From Lama guanicoe (taxonomy: Eukaryota), in the NCBI GenBank assembly GCA_013239625.1, contig MU053802.1, positions 79,363 to 143,362 of the forward strand: a stretch of 64,000 bases of DNA. The letters are read 5' to 3'. This document shows, in pieces, positions 1-12,304 of this stretch. The notes under the pieces were generated by a model. The model saw nothing but the letters and a program-made list of their open reading frames with translations, did no database searches and had not been told where the DNA came from. A program made the position numbers and the translations under genes. Position 1 is the stretch's first letter. Every line of letters begins with the position of its first letter.

Positions 1-320
1 CCCTGACCTCACCACGCGCGCTCCCAGGAGCAGGCTGACTTCAAAGGCTTGAGTTCAGTGAACTTGGGGGAGCGGATGCCACCCCCAGGCAAGGCAGGTA
101 GGGACATGGGAGAAAATCCTCTGGCTCTCGAGGGGCACCGTAGTCCCCGGTCGCCGCCGTCGAACCCCTTCCCCAGACCGCACCACGCCTCTAGTTTGTC
201 TGTCTGTCTGACTACCTGCCCTACTGCCTACTGATTGGAGGATGGGAGAGGCTAGTCTGTGTGTCTGTCGTTTTACCTAATGGAGGAGGAGCCGACTAGT
301 ATGTCTCTGTATTTGCCTGC

Positions 321-388
<68 letters not shown>

Positions 389-411
389 GTATCTATCAAT
401 CTATCTATCTA
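321..411. repeat. (CTAT)n tetranucleotide microsatellite
   Basis: About 17 perfect CTAT units from 321, then interrupted units to ~411; seen directly. Confidence 0.97.
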
Positions 412-872
412 GTGGAGGCATAGCAGTAGCCAAGTTTGACTTTTTATTTGTCTGATCCATCCTCTGTCCATTTATCCATCTACCATCCACCCATCCGTCT
501 ACATTTTCAGCTGGCCCAGCAGGCCCCCACCCACCCTCTATCCGTCTCCCCACCCAGCCGTCTGGCAACCTGTTCCTGTGTCCGTCCCGCAATCATCTGT
601 TCCAGCAAGAGCCTGATGCTCTGGGGCAGCCTAGTCCCCGGCCCCCTGCTCCTGAGGTGCCAGTTCCACCACACTACACCCCTAGGGTCATGACCAGGCC
701 GGGGCTCGGGGAACGTATGTCTTCTGGCCAAGAGGCAGGCAGAGCTGTGGTCCCAGGGCCACTGGGCCGGACAGCCCGGACTCCAGGCGCCAGCCCGGCA
801 CTCCGCTCTGAGCTGCGCGGCCGCCCCGAGGGTGGGAACGGCCTGGGCTCGGGGCCCCGCTCACCGCCGCAG

Positions 873-1032
873 AGCCCCGGCCGCCCCGCGGGCTGGCTGT
901 CCTGCCGGCCCCCGCGCACGTCCCCGCGGAGCCGAGGGGCCATGGGAGGTGTCACGTCGCCGTGGTGGGCAAGGGGGCTGACACCAAGCCGCCCCATGAG
1001 GCCAGCCAGATGGACGAGGATGGCATTGAGGG
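873..1032 (+). pseudogene. OTOF: OTOF exon ~12 copy, heavily GC-shifted
   Basis: 160-nt segment between cag and gtgagg. The 3' half reads CHVAVVGKGADTKPPHEASQMDEDGIEG (otoferlin [28 protein letters not shown]); the 5' half keeps its length but is recoded to Pro/Arg/Ala/Gly codons. Confidence 0.85.
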
Positions 1033-1958
1033 GTGAGGCACCCGTCTCCCCGGGCCCCTGGTGATCTGGCCCGGCCCTTCCAGGGGCACAAGGGAGCACC
1101 CGGGGTGGACCTGGCCCAGAAACCGTGCCCTCCCTCTGTCTCTCTCAGCCACACACTCAGACGGCTCAGCTGTCCCTGGAAGGAGCCAGCCCCAGTATCC
1201 ACGGACTCTCCACATGGGACAGAAAGGCCTGAGGCCAGGTGGGCAGGGTTCACAGAGGACAGTCAGGAGTGACAGTCGTTTGACATCCGGACTTCTGTCT
1301 GTGAGAAACTTTGGAAAAAAGGGGCAAATTCCCAGAGCTGCTGGATATTGAGTCTACACCCAGGAGAGCAAAGCCATTTTGTTTTCTGTGCCAATTTTAA
1401 GCAGCTGACAGTGGCTGTTGAGAAGTATTCTAGGACCTTGTCTGAACACAGTGGGAGAAAGTGCTGGGATCCAGTGAGTCATGACTTCGGTGGGCCAGGG
1501 AGGGAGCGTGGTGGCCATGGGTGAGGTTTCTGTGTGGGAGAGAAAAGATGTGATACACAACTAGGAAAGGGGACAGTGTTACCAGGATGGATCTCCCCCT
1601 CTGCAGTTTCACTCCTAGAAGGGAGCCTTAACCTATTTATCATACTCCCGGGAAGGGGCTGTTATTCCCATCTTTCAGGTGAGGAAGCTGAGGCTCAGAG
1701 CACTGGGGAGGTTTGCCCAGGATCCCATGAGAGACCAGGTACTGTCAACTTGAGCATCTTCAGTCCTGGTGTGGTCCTTCTCAGCCGTCCTTCACATGCT
1801 GTCCTGGGCCCCAGGGGTGTGCAGATGCTGAGGCAGGAGTCTGGGCGCCCGGTCTGGCCACCACAGTCCAACTGTATGCGCCGGCAGGGACTTGCTGCTC
1901 CCTGAGGGGGTGCCCCCGAACGCCAGGTCACATATGGTTCTACGTGAAAATTTATTGA

Positions 1959-2108
<150 letters not shown>

Positions 2109-5100
2109 TGAGGTGACAGGCACCAGGGTGCAGAGGGATGGTCAAGGGGTCCAGGGGACAGACATGAGGCAGAATCAGAAGCCACCAGACTGGATTTTGA
2201 TCACCTTGGTGCATTCACCTCTGGAAGTGAGGAGAGATGAGAGGAGCTCCAGCTCAGAGGGGCTGGGGGCCAGGCCAGTCTGGGCCTTAGGGATACCTCC
2301 CTGCCCCTAGGTCACAGAGACCAAGAGCTGAAGGGGGGGACACTGTGAGGCAGGAGGGTCTCAGAGGCTGGTCAAGGGGAAGAGTGAGGAGAGGAGCGTG
2401 CACACACACACACATACACACGTGCACAGCTGCCACAAGCCACACATAACACATATATACCCACTCACCCGCAGATACACGCGCTCACACACAAGCAAAC
2501 TCTCACCCCCTCCCACCAGGGCAGGACCTCAGTGCAGAAGAGCAGCTATGAGCCGCTGTGGAATGAGCAGTGGTCTTTACAGACCTGTCCCCCAACTCTG
2601 CAAGTGCATGAAAGTACAGACCCGGGACTTGGACAAGGTCAACGACATGCCCATAGTTGCCCACTTCACTGACCTGCTCAAGGTTTCCAATGATGGAGAC
2701 AAAGGTGAGTAGCAGGAGGCCGGGGGTGTGGGGGTGGGACTGAAGGGGCGGAGTCAATGAGACTCCCACACAGGCCCCCACCATCCCACGCCTCTGCTGG
2801 AGCGGCAGTGGGCTTGCTCAGGGCTTTGCCAACAGCCTCTGCCTCAGGGGAAGGGTGGAAACTCAGGACTCATCTCTGCACAGAGCTTCCTGGGCCTGTC
2901 TGTGCCAGGCTGCCTGGATTCGAAGCCCAGCTGCTCTGACAGAAGCTGAGGCAGAAGTGGGGCTGCACAGGAGGCACTGAGCCAGACCACCCAGGAGGCC
3001 CCTCCTGCACTGACAGCCGTTGGGGGACGGGGGTGACCAAGACTTTCACCCTGTTTGATGTTCTTCCCACTGGATCCGTGGGAGGAGAAGGAAATCCCAG
3101 CATCAGGGGTCCTTCCCTCCATGGGTCGAGGGCTGGCCAAGGGGTAGGACCTCTCCTTTATGGGCCCCCACCTGCCCACCGCAGGCCCGCACAGCATCCC
3201 CGATGTCTTCATCTGGATGATGAGCGATGACAAGCACATGGCCACAGCCCGGTGCATCCCCAGGACCTGCTCTTCTCCATCGTGGGGGAGGAGCTGGGTG
3301 AGGACCGCGCCAGACCAAGACGCTCTTCCTCAAGGTGCCGGAAGGGAAGTCAGATTAGGGGGTGGAGGGGTCCGTGCTTCGTTCAAGGGGTCAGCCTCCC
3401 TTGGAAGGAGTAGCGTGCCCACCCCGGGTCTGGCTGGTCTGAGCTGATGGGGTGCTTAGAGAAGAGGTGGAGAGAGTAGGAATGGCAGAGGGCCCCATCC
3501 CATCCATACTCCTTGGAGCTCTGCTCCCGAACCCACAGCCCAGTGGGATAGCTGTGGAGGGACAGAGGCCCTCTGACCACGGCCTCCTGCAGCCCCCTGC
3601 GCCTTCCTCACCCCACGGGCTCTGGAAGCTGACCCTGTGTTCACCCCCAGCTGCCTCAGAAGCAGGGATTTGGAGTGGTGGGCTGGACAGTGCAAGCCAG
3701 GCTGGAGCCCTGCCTGTGGCTGGGCCACAGCAGGCAGCGCAGGGACTTCCAGTGGGGCCTGCCCTGTGGCTTCGAGGGGGTCCAGGCAGCCCTGGGTTTG
3801 GGCCTGCACTCCCTCCTGCCCAGCAGCCTGGTCTGCATGAGTGAGTGAGGCAGGTTGCAGCCAGGCCCAGGGAAGCCCCTGGCTCCAGCCCTTACCCTGG
3901 GAGAGCGCTGGGGTCACCTGTTCCCAGCCTCCAGGCCTGTACCCCCTGCAGAGAAGCAGGCCTTCCAGCCCCACGCCCTCAGGTACCAGGCTCGGAGCCT
4001 CTGTGTAGCTGACTGCAGTGGCCTCTCAGGCCCCTCACCTGAGTCTTTTTATCAACCAGAGTCAGTGCACAGAGGTGAGGGCCAGGGGAGGAGGGAGTGG
4101 CACTGGCTTTGCAGGCACTGGGGTAGGCCTGTGAGCTTCTGGGGCCTGGGGAGACAGATCAGCCAGCATCCCAGACCCACAGAGGGAAGCCTGGCATATA
4201 CCTGGGGACCCGGGCCACATGGTGGAGGCTTTAATGTGCTTACATTCTGCATGGAGGACAGGGAAGACCTGGTAGGGGCTGAGGGAACAGGGTCAGGAGC
4301 AGACCTCACATCAACCTTCATTTTAAGATTCCCAGAAGAGTCAGGGGATATGTCCCTCCTGACCCCAAGCCCCCTGGAAACCACAGTGACTGGGGGTGAC
4401 TCCTGCTCGGGTATCTACCCACCCACCACCACTGATTACCCATCCCCCCCGCCCTGAGCTACAGGTGCTGAATGAGACCCTGTGCCCCACCTGGGACCAG
4501 GTGCTGGTGTTCGACACCCTTGAGTGCTATGGGGAAGCTCATGAGTTCATAGACGACCCCCCCATCATTGTCATTGAAATCTATGGCCAGGACACTGGTG
4601 TAGGTGGGCTCTAGCACCAGGGACCATCCCAACATCCCCTCACTACACCCGCACTGGTGGCCCCCTCCCCTGCTCTCCCCTGAGCCCCTCGGCCAGGTGC
4701 TTGCTGGGAAGCTGGAGGGTTGGGCAGCCCCTCCAGGACACCCCAGGTGTCCGCTGGCCTGTCACTGCAGTCTGACTCCTTCCTGATGCTCGGGGACTCT
4801 GGGGCCTCAGGGAGGAAATGGGCCAGGGCTTCCCACCTCCCAGCACAGACAGACCAAACTCAGAATCTTCAAGAGATTTGTCAGCAAGGCCTGCTGTCCC
4901 CAGCCTCCCCCACCCCAGGGACTCCCCAGCCCCTGCCCACACCTACCACAGTCAGCTGCCCAGCTTTCCATGGGAGCGCTGGAGTAGGGGAGTGGGGGAC
5001 TGGGGTGCCCTGAGAGAGCTCTGGGCTAGAGGCAGGTGCACCCATTTCTAGTCTGAGTACTGCATCTGCCATTCACTACCAATCTGGCCTGAGCTAGCCT

Positions 5101-8100
5101 GAGACTTGGTTTCCCCATCTGTAAAATGGGATGATCACCCCTGCAGCTACATGGTGCTGTGGGGGACTGAATGTGATCCAGGATGTCAACATGCTTGGTA
5201 AATTCAAGCACTGCGAGCCTACCCTGGCTGTTTGTCATGTCAGAGCAAAGCTGACTACATGGGCCAGAACTTTGTCAAGCCCGTGGTGAAGCTGGTCAGT
5301 GAGGCATACTGCCCACTCTGCTTCCCGCCCCAGCTCGAGTCCTACCAGATCTACTGGGGCAGGGCCACCGCGGGGGACCTGCTGGCCACCTTCGAGCTCT
5401 GGCAGGTGGGGCTGCAGGGAAGAGGGGACTGATTGGGGGCCAGTCTCCTCCCCATCCTGCTGTGAGGTCCGTTGTGATGGAAGCTGAGGATGTGGTTCTT
5501 GGGAACCCGGGATGTTCAGCTTTCCCTGTATCCCCAGGTCACATATGGCAAATAACTCATCAGGAGAGGGAGCTCTCCCCAGGCTCCCCAGGCTAGGACA
5601 CTATGTCCCCCATTTCCCAGATTGGACCAGCAAGAAAGGCCGACCCACCACCCATCAATTGTCCAGTGGACACGGACTGAGGTCCCATCATGCCTGTGCC
5701 TGTGGGCATCCGGCCCGAGCTCAGAAAGTACCAGATTGAGGGATGTGAGGACTTTGCTGGGCCCCTGCCGTCCCTGCCCACAGCAGGCCCTGCTGTGCTC
5801 TGCTTCCGGGCCCCCTTGCTCTCTCCATATCAAGGGTCTGTGCACATATTACATGGTTGACATCAGACTCCAGCCATCTTTGGCAACCTCAGGCCATGCC
5901 TCATTTTCCAGATAAGGGTGATGAAGGCCAAGGAGGGGAAGTGACTGGCCCCAGGTCACACCCAGGAACTGGCAGCAGACCCAGGCTGCTGCCCACCCAT
6001 TGCCTGCCCCTTTTGCACCATCACACTGCCGCCATCCAGGACCTATCCCAGCCTTCCGTCTGACCCCGACACCCACCCTCACCCTGAAGCCCCTTCAGGA
6101 CACCTGCCCCTCGTCAGCTCTTCCTGCCCGGCCCCCACCCATGCACTGCCCACCCATGGGCCAAGTCCTTCTCAGGTGGCCTGGCACCCACAGCTGGTGC
6201 CCTTGACTGAGGGGCTTTCCTCTTAGCCCACCTCCCACCAACTCACGCAGATGCTGTTCTGGGGCCTGTGGGACCTCAAGCACGTGAACCTGGCCCAGGT
6301 AGACTGGCCACGGTGGACATCGAGTGTGCGGGGAAGGGGGTGCAGTCATCCTTGATCCACAATTACAGGAAGAACCCCAACTTCAGCACCCTCATCAAGT
6401 GGTCTGAAGTGGTACATCTGGGCCCCGGGGTCGCTGGGCAGAGCTGGGTGCAGCCGGGCAACTGGGCAAGGCCGTGTGCCTCTGGCCCTTCTCTGGGCTC
6501 AGACCTTCCGGAGAACGAGCTCCTGCAGCCGCCATCGGACATCAGCGTGGCGGCTGCTGGGCCTTGGCCTCTGCACCCTGGGGGGCTCCCAGCTGTCAGC
6601 TCCCTGCGGTGCTTCCTCTCCCGGCCCCCAGACAGCTGGCCCCCAGGTGGAACAGCTCAGGGACAGCCATGCCCCGAGGCCCATGGATGGGGCTCCAAGG
6701 GTTTCTTCCTTGGGCTCATCCCCTAGTCAGAGTCAGGGAGGCCAGGAGGGATGACCCACCCAGGGGCCAAGGAAGGTTGCCCCGGGGTGCCCCTCACTCT
6801 CAAGCCAGAAAGGTCCAGGGCCAGGCATCCTTAGAGGGACTGAGGGCAGATGGCTTCCTCTGCCAGGTCTTGTAGAAGACCCAGGACCCCTCCCAGCCTC
6901 ACTGTATCACTCACCGCAGCCCACTCTCCTCTCTGGCCACCTCATCCTCTGCCTGTGCCCATCTTTTCTCCCTCAGCTGTCACCTCCCTCCCTCTCCCCT
7001 CAGAAAGCTCCAGAATCAGCTTTAACCTCCGGTCATTTCATCCACCCCTGACTCTCACCATTACTCCTGCTCTTTCCTGTCTGTCTGTCTGTCCATCTCT
7101 CTGTCCAGGCAGACTCCCCCAGGGCTGCCATGTGCTGTACAATGGGGGGGCACTCCTCTCACCCCACAGGGGAGGTCGTGGTGAACATGGAGCCAGAGGT
7201 GCCCGTCAAGAAGCTGGAGACCATGGTGAAGCTGGACAAGGTGAGGTGCCTGGGGTCAGTCCCACGCTGGCTGCGGATGTGCACCTGCATGTGACACTTT
7301 ACCAGAGCCAGGCCAGTCCACCTGTGAGACAATACATTAATGAAGTCACTTCTCCTTCAGCATGTGATGGGACAGGGCCTCCCCTGACTGCACGTGCACA
7401 CAGCCCTGTCCTAGACTGTCCTGGGATGGAGGACTCAATTCTGCGTGTGTGTGTGCATGCATCAGGGGACACATGCCTCAAAATGTGGTGCGCATGTATG
7501 AGAGGCAGGGAGAACAGTGACCATGTGAAGTCATAGCCTGAAATTACTTTTATTCCAACAAACACCATAGTCAATGGATTCCTTGTGTGAACAACAGGGT
7601 TCTTTCCAGAGGGTCCCTGGGTTCCTTCCCAGCCATTCACAAAAGGCCCTCCCCACGCCTGGCTTGGGGACGAATTTCCTGGTGGAAGCTCCTTACTCGT
7701 CCTTTGGGACTAGGGCTGTTTATCTGCCAGAGGGAGACCTGGGGGTTCAGGTGTGGAGGTGGCCTCTGCCGAGGAGGGCAGGATGGAGGCTGGCCTGGAA
7801 CAGGCCATCCTGGGTCCAGACAGTGTGGAGGAAAGGGGTCGGGGCTCCCCCCAGCCCCCCATCACTTGCTCTGTACTCCATTCCTCACATCATGTGCTTC
7901 ATGCAGCCTGGGGTGCCCCCTAGCTTCTGAAGCCTGAGCTGGGTCTGAAAGGATCTTCCCTTACCCCCATCATCCTGGTCCCCAGAGGGTCCCAGCCAGA
8001 GAGTCCCGGCTGAGTTAGTGCGGGCGTGGCTCTGGGGAAAGGGGAGCAGTTGAGGCCCAGGCCTGGCCCACAGGCCCGGGTGGTACGGCCAGGGCTCCGG

Positions 8101-8329
8101 GGCTGCACCCGGAGACTCCACGCCCCCCTCAGCTCCCAGCCTCCTGACCTCCCCCGAGGGTGTCCAGGCCATCAGTGAACAGAGGACGGCACTGGCCCGA
8201 GCTTCCCCATCATCCCACAGGCCCTGGGCTCCTGTGGGGCCGTGTTACCAGGATCCTCTTCAGCTGTGTCACTGAGCGTCCACTTCCCTGTTGAGGCCCT
8301 TGTCCCCCTGTAGCCAACATCACCGAGCG

Positions 8330-8510
8330 CTGGCCACATGCCTTGCCAGCCTCTCCTCCCGACGCGACCTGCACACTGCAGGGATCTCCTGGCTGTGCGC
8401 AGCCATACCGGCGCCCAGCACCCCCATTTAGACTCGGTGGAGCCCTGAAACCGGTCACTTTTGAAAGCCCCCAGTGATTCTAACATGCAGCCAGGGTTGC
8501 TAGCCACCGC
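8330..8510. mobile_element. MER5A-like hAT DNA transposon remnant
   Basis: Ends in ...cccagtgattctaacatgcagccagggttgctagccacc, typical of MER5A; boundaries approximate. Confidence 0.55.
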
Positions 8511-10097
8511 CCTGGAAGGTCTGAGGAAACATCTGCGAGGCAGATCCTTCATGGCCTCAGAATTGGCTGTGTGAGCACAGGCGCTCACAGCGCACAGGGA
8601 GTGGCCCTGTGTCAGCTCCCTTTCCTCCTCCTTCCCTGGCTGGGCCTCTGCCTCCATGTTCAGCCCGGTGGCTAAGGCCTGTCCCTGTCTTCTTGCTTCC
8701 CCCCTGCAGACTTCTGATGCGGTCATCATGGTGGATGTGGTGAGTGTGGGGACCACAGAGGGCTCTGGGGAGAGAAGACCCTACACCATGCAGGGTATCA
8801 GGCCAAGGGGAGCAGCTTCAGGGACTGAGACACCCCCAGCCCCTGGCACTCCGGCCAGCACACCTCCCTGGGAGTGGTAGCTGGAGAGAACTGCTTGGGG
8901 AGCAGGGCCCCCAGCTGCTGGTTCTGCCTCAGCTGGTGGTTCACGCTGGCAGGTCATGACCCTCTGTGGGCCGTGGCATCCATTTCGACAAATCAAGGCC
9001 CTGCCCCTTTGACATTGGTGGCCCCCCAGGGCCTCCTGGAGCCCAGGGCTTCCGGGGAGCAGATGGTCAGAATGAATGGGGGACTCCCAGATGGTCCAGG
9101 GCTCTGGGAATGGCCAGGGTGCAGGGATGTATGCAGGACTCCGGACCTGGCCAGCCCTTCAGGCTGATGAGGACGAGAAGAAGGAGAAGGAGAAGGGCAT
9201 ATCAGAAAAGATGGAGGAGGAGGAGCTGGGTGAGAGCATGCAGGACTGGCGGTCCAAGAGCTTCGCTGCCATCGACACCATGAAGGAGCTGAGGCCTCAG
9301 GCCAGGGTTGGGGCCCGAGGAGGGACTAGGCTGTGAGAGCTGACCATATCTCCCCATCAGACCCTCCAGTCCAGCTTCTTTCCTGCCCCCTTCTCTGTCA
9401 ACATGTGCTTGGAGCAGCCTGTCTCACAGCCTTGAAGTTCTAGCTCAGGACTCACTTTTTCCAGGATGGAGGGCCAGTCCCCCTTCCCTGGCTTGGTTTT
9501 CTCTTGTCTTCATTTATTTTCTGCACAAATATCTCTTGAGTATATATGATCAGACACCAATCTGGGTGCTATGGGAGCCTAAAGAGAAGATGCCGTACCT
9601 GCCCTGGGTATTTCCTGGACATGCAAAATGGACATGTAAGCAGATCCATCGCGGTGCAATAACAAAGACAATTCAGTGCCTGGGGGAGTCAGGGGAGGCT
9701 TCACAGAGGAGGTGACCTTTGAGGAAGAAGAGAAATATGCACTCAGAGGCCAAAAGCGAACAACTTCTCAGTAGCACTTGCACATCTATTTCTATCTAAC
9801 ACCTCATGCTACTTTATTTTACACACCTCGGTCACTGTTGCTGTGAAATGTTCTTCCCTATCGTGTGCACGTGGGTTCTGTCTGCTGAGCCAGATGGCAG
9901 TTTCCAGAAAAAGCAATTCTCCTCGTCCTCATTTGTCCCTTCTCCACACTGCTGACCGAGCTCAAGGCACCCCCTGACTGACCGGCTGACCAGGAGGGAT
10001 GTGTGCCTGTGGTGGTGTTTCCTCAGCTGAGCTGATCCAGCCGCACTCTCCCCCCAGGCCCTTTCTGGGTCCCAAGTTGGGTGTGCTGCTTACCATC

Positions 10098-10500
10098 CAT
10101 GTTAGTCAGAGCACAGGCTAAGCTGCTGTAGTAAGTTAGACTGGTGTGAGCAAGGAGAAGGTGGTGTGGTGATTCCATGGTGTCAGGGAGCAATACCCTG
10201 GCATCTTGTTACTGGCATCTGTGTGGCTAGAGATGGCTTGCCGTCACATCCCAACACCAGTGCGCAGGAATTGTCAAGACAAGAGGAGGCTTCTCTTTTC
10301 CCTTTAAATGCCCAACCGAGAAGCTGCAAATACCACTTTCACTCATGTTGGCTGGAATCTAGACCCATAGTCACACTTGGCTGCGAGGGAGGCTGGGAGA
10401 TGCCATCTTAGCTTTGCGGCTGTGTGTCCAGAAACATGTTTGAAGAGCAGGAGAGCTGATAACTGGGGGACACCTAGTAGTATCTTCTCCCGCCATCACT
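10098..10500. mobile_element. Old MLT1-type (ERVL-MaLR) LTR remnant
   Basis: Starts tgttagtcagagcacaggctaagctgctgta and contains tagtcaca...ctgcgagggaggctgggagatg, both MLT1-like; recognised from memory. Confidence 0.5.
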
Positions 10501-10650
10501 TCCTGGATTCAAGTTGGCCAGGCAGGAGCTCCATCCAAGAGGCAGCCTTGTGTCTACTCCTGTCATCTGCACAGGCTACCACCAGGTGGCGGTGGCACCT
10601 TGGTTGAAACCTGGTGATTTAGTGTCCAGTGTGTACTGACTGAAGCACAT

Positions 10651-11811
10651 TTTCTTTTTTTTTTAATGGAAGTATAGTCAGTTTAAATGTACAATTTATA
10701 ATGTGCAATGTAATAGTTCAGGCATACATATATATACACATTTGTTTTCATATTCTTTTTCATTATAGGTTACTAGAAAATGCTGAATATAGTTTCTTCT
10801 GCTATACAGAATAAACTTGTTTATCTATTTTATATATAGTAGTTGGTATCTGCAAATCTTGAACTCCCAATTTATCCCTTCCCACCCTCTCCCCTCTTGG
10901 TACCCATCAGTTTGTTTTCTATTTCAGTGAGTCTGTTTCTGTTTTGTAAGTGAGTTCATGTGTCTTTTTTTAGATTCCACATGTAAGTCACATCATGTGG
11001 TATTTTTCTTTCTGTTTCTGGCTTACATCACACAGAATGGAAATCTCCAGGTCCAACCATGTTGCTTCAAGTGGCATTATTGTATTATTATTTATGGCTG
11101 AGTAGTATTCCATTGTATAAATAGACCACAACTTTTTCATTCAGTCATCTGTTAATGGACATTAAGGCTGCTTCCATGTCTTGGCTATTGTAAATAGTGC
11201 TGCTGTGAACGTTGGGGTGTGCATATCTTTTTGAATTAGAGTTCTCTCCAGATCTCTGCCCAGGAGGGGGATTGCTGGATCATATGGTAAATCTATTTGT
11301 AGTTCTTTGAGGAATCTCCATGCTGTTTTCCACAGTGGCTGCACTAAACTACTTTCCCGTCAACAGTGTAGGAAGGTTCCCTTTTCTCCATACCTTCTCC
11401 AGCATTTATCATTTGTGGACTTTTTGAGGATGGCCATTCTGATACCAGGTGTGCGGTGATACCTCATTGTAGTTTGGATTTGCATTTCTCTGATAATTAG
11501 CAATATTGAGCATTTTACATGCCCCTATTGGCCTTTGTACGTCTTCATTGGAGAATTGCTTGTGTAGGTCTTCTGCCCATTTTTGGATTGCATTGTTTGT
11601 TTTCTTCTTATTAAGTTGTATGAGGTGTGTATATATTCTGGAAACTAAGCTCCTGCCAGTCTCATCTTTTGCAAATATTTTCTCCCATCCCGTAGGTTGT
11701 CTTTTTGTTTTGTTTATGGTTTCCTTTGTTCTGCAAATCTTATAAATGTGATCAGGTTCCATTTGTTTATTTTTGCTTGTATTTTTATCGCTTGGGTAGA
11801 TGGCCTGAGGA
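10651..11811 (-). mobile_element. 5'-truncated LINE-1 (ORF2 C-terminus, 3' UTR, poly(A))
   Basis: Poly-T at ~10651-10664. Minus-strand ORFs give [28 protein letters not shown] and KETINKTKRQPTGWEKIFA, which are L1 ORF2p C-terminal motifs. Confidence 0.95.
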
Positions 11812-12278
11812 TTTGACTTGGAGGAGAAGGAGGAGATGGGCAACACTGAGGGTGAGCCCTGGAGCCCTGCGGGGTGGGTAGCCCCCCTGCCTGTCACATC
11901 CCGGTTGTTTCTCTTTCCCCTTCTCGTGGGCCTCTAAAGCTGCAGCAGCCAATAGCAGATATCAGGCATCCCTGGCCACCAGGAAGCAGGCTGAGGCCCT
12001 TATCTACAGTGGCTTTTACTCTGATCAATTCAGCAGAGTGATGGACAGACACTTAGAGCCACAGAGCATCAGAGCTGGATGAGACCTCAGAGCTCATTTC
12101 ATTCAGTATTTCTAGACATGTTCCATGGAACACTGTGAATGGGTATTCTGAAGGAAGTTCTTGGGTCAAATGGGTTAAACAGATCCTTGGGTACAGGACT
12201 TCTCAGTGCCTTTAGTATACAAATGCTATTCTGAACCTCTAGAAGGCACAGAATAAATTATTTCACCAACTTATTATC

Positions 12279-12304
12279 TGTGTGTGTGTGTGTGTGTGTG
12301 TGTG
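12279..12304. repeat. (TG)n microsatellite
   Basis: About 13 TG units. Confidence 0.9.

Noticed and set aside
1..320. CpG-containing stretch and degenerate CTAGT...TGGAGG repeats as OTOF exon 10 or an RNA gene
   Set aside because: No convincing alignment to either by eye; treated as unassigned low-complexity flank.
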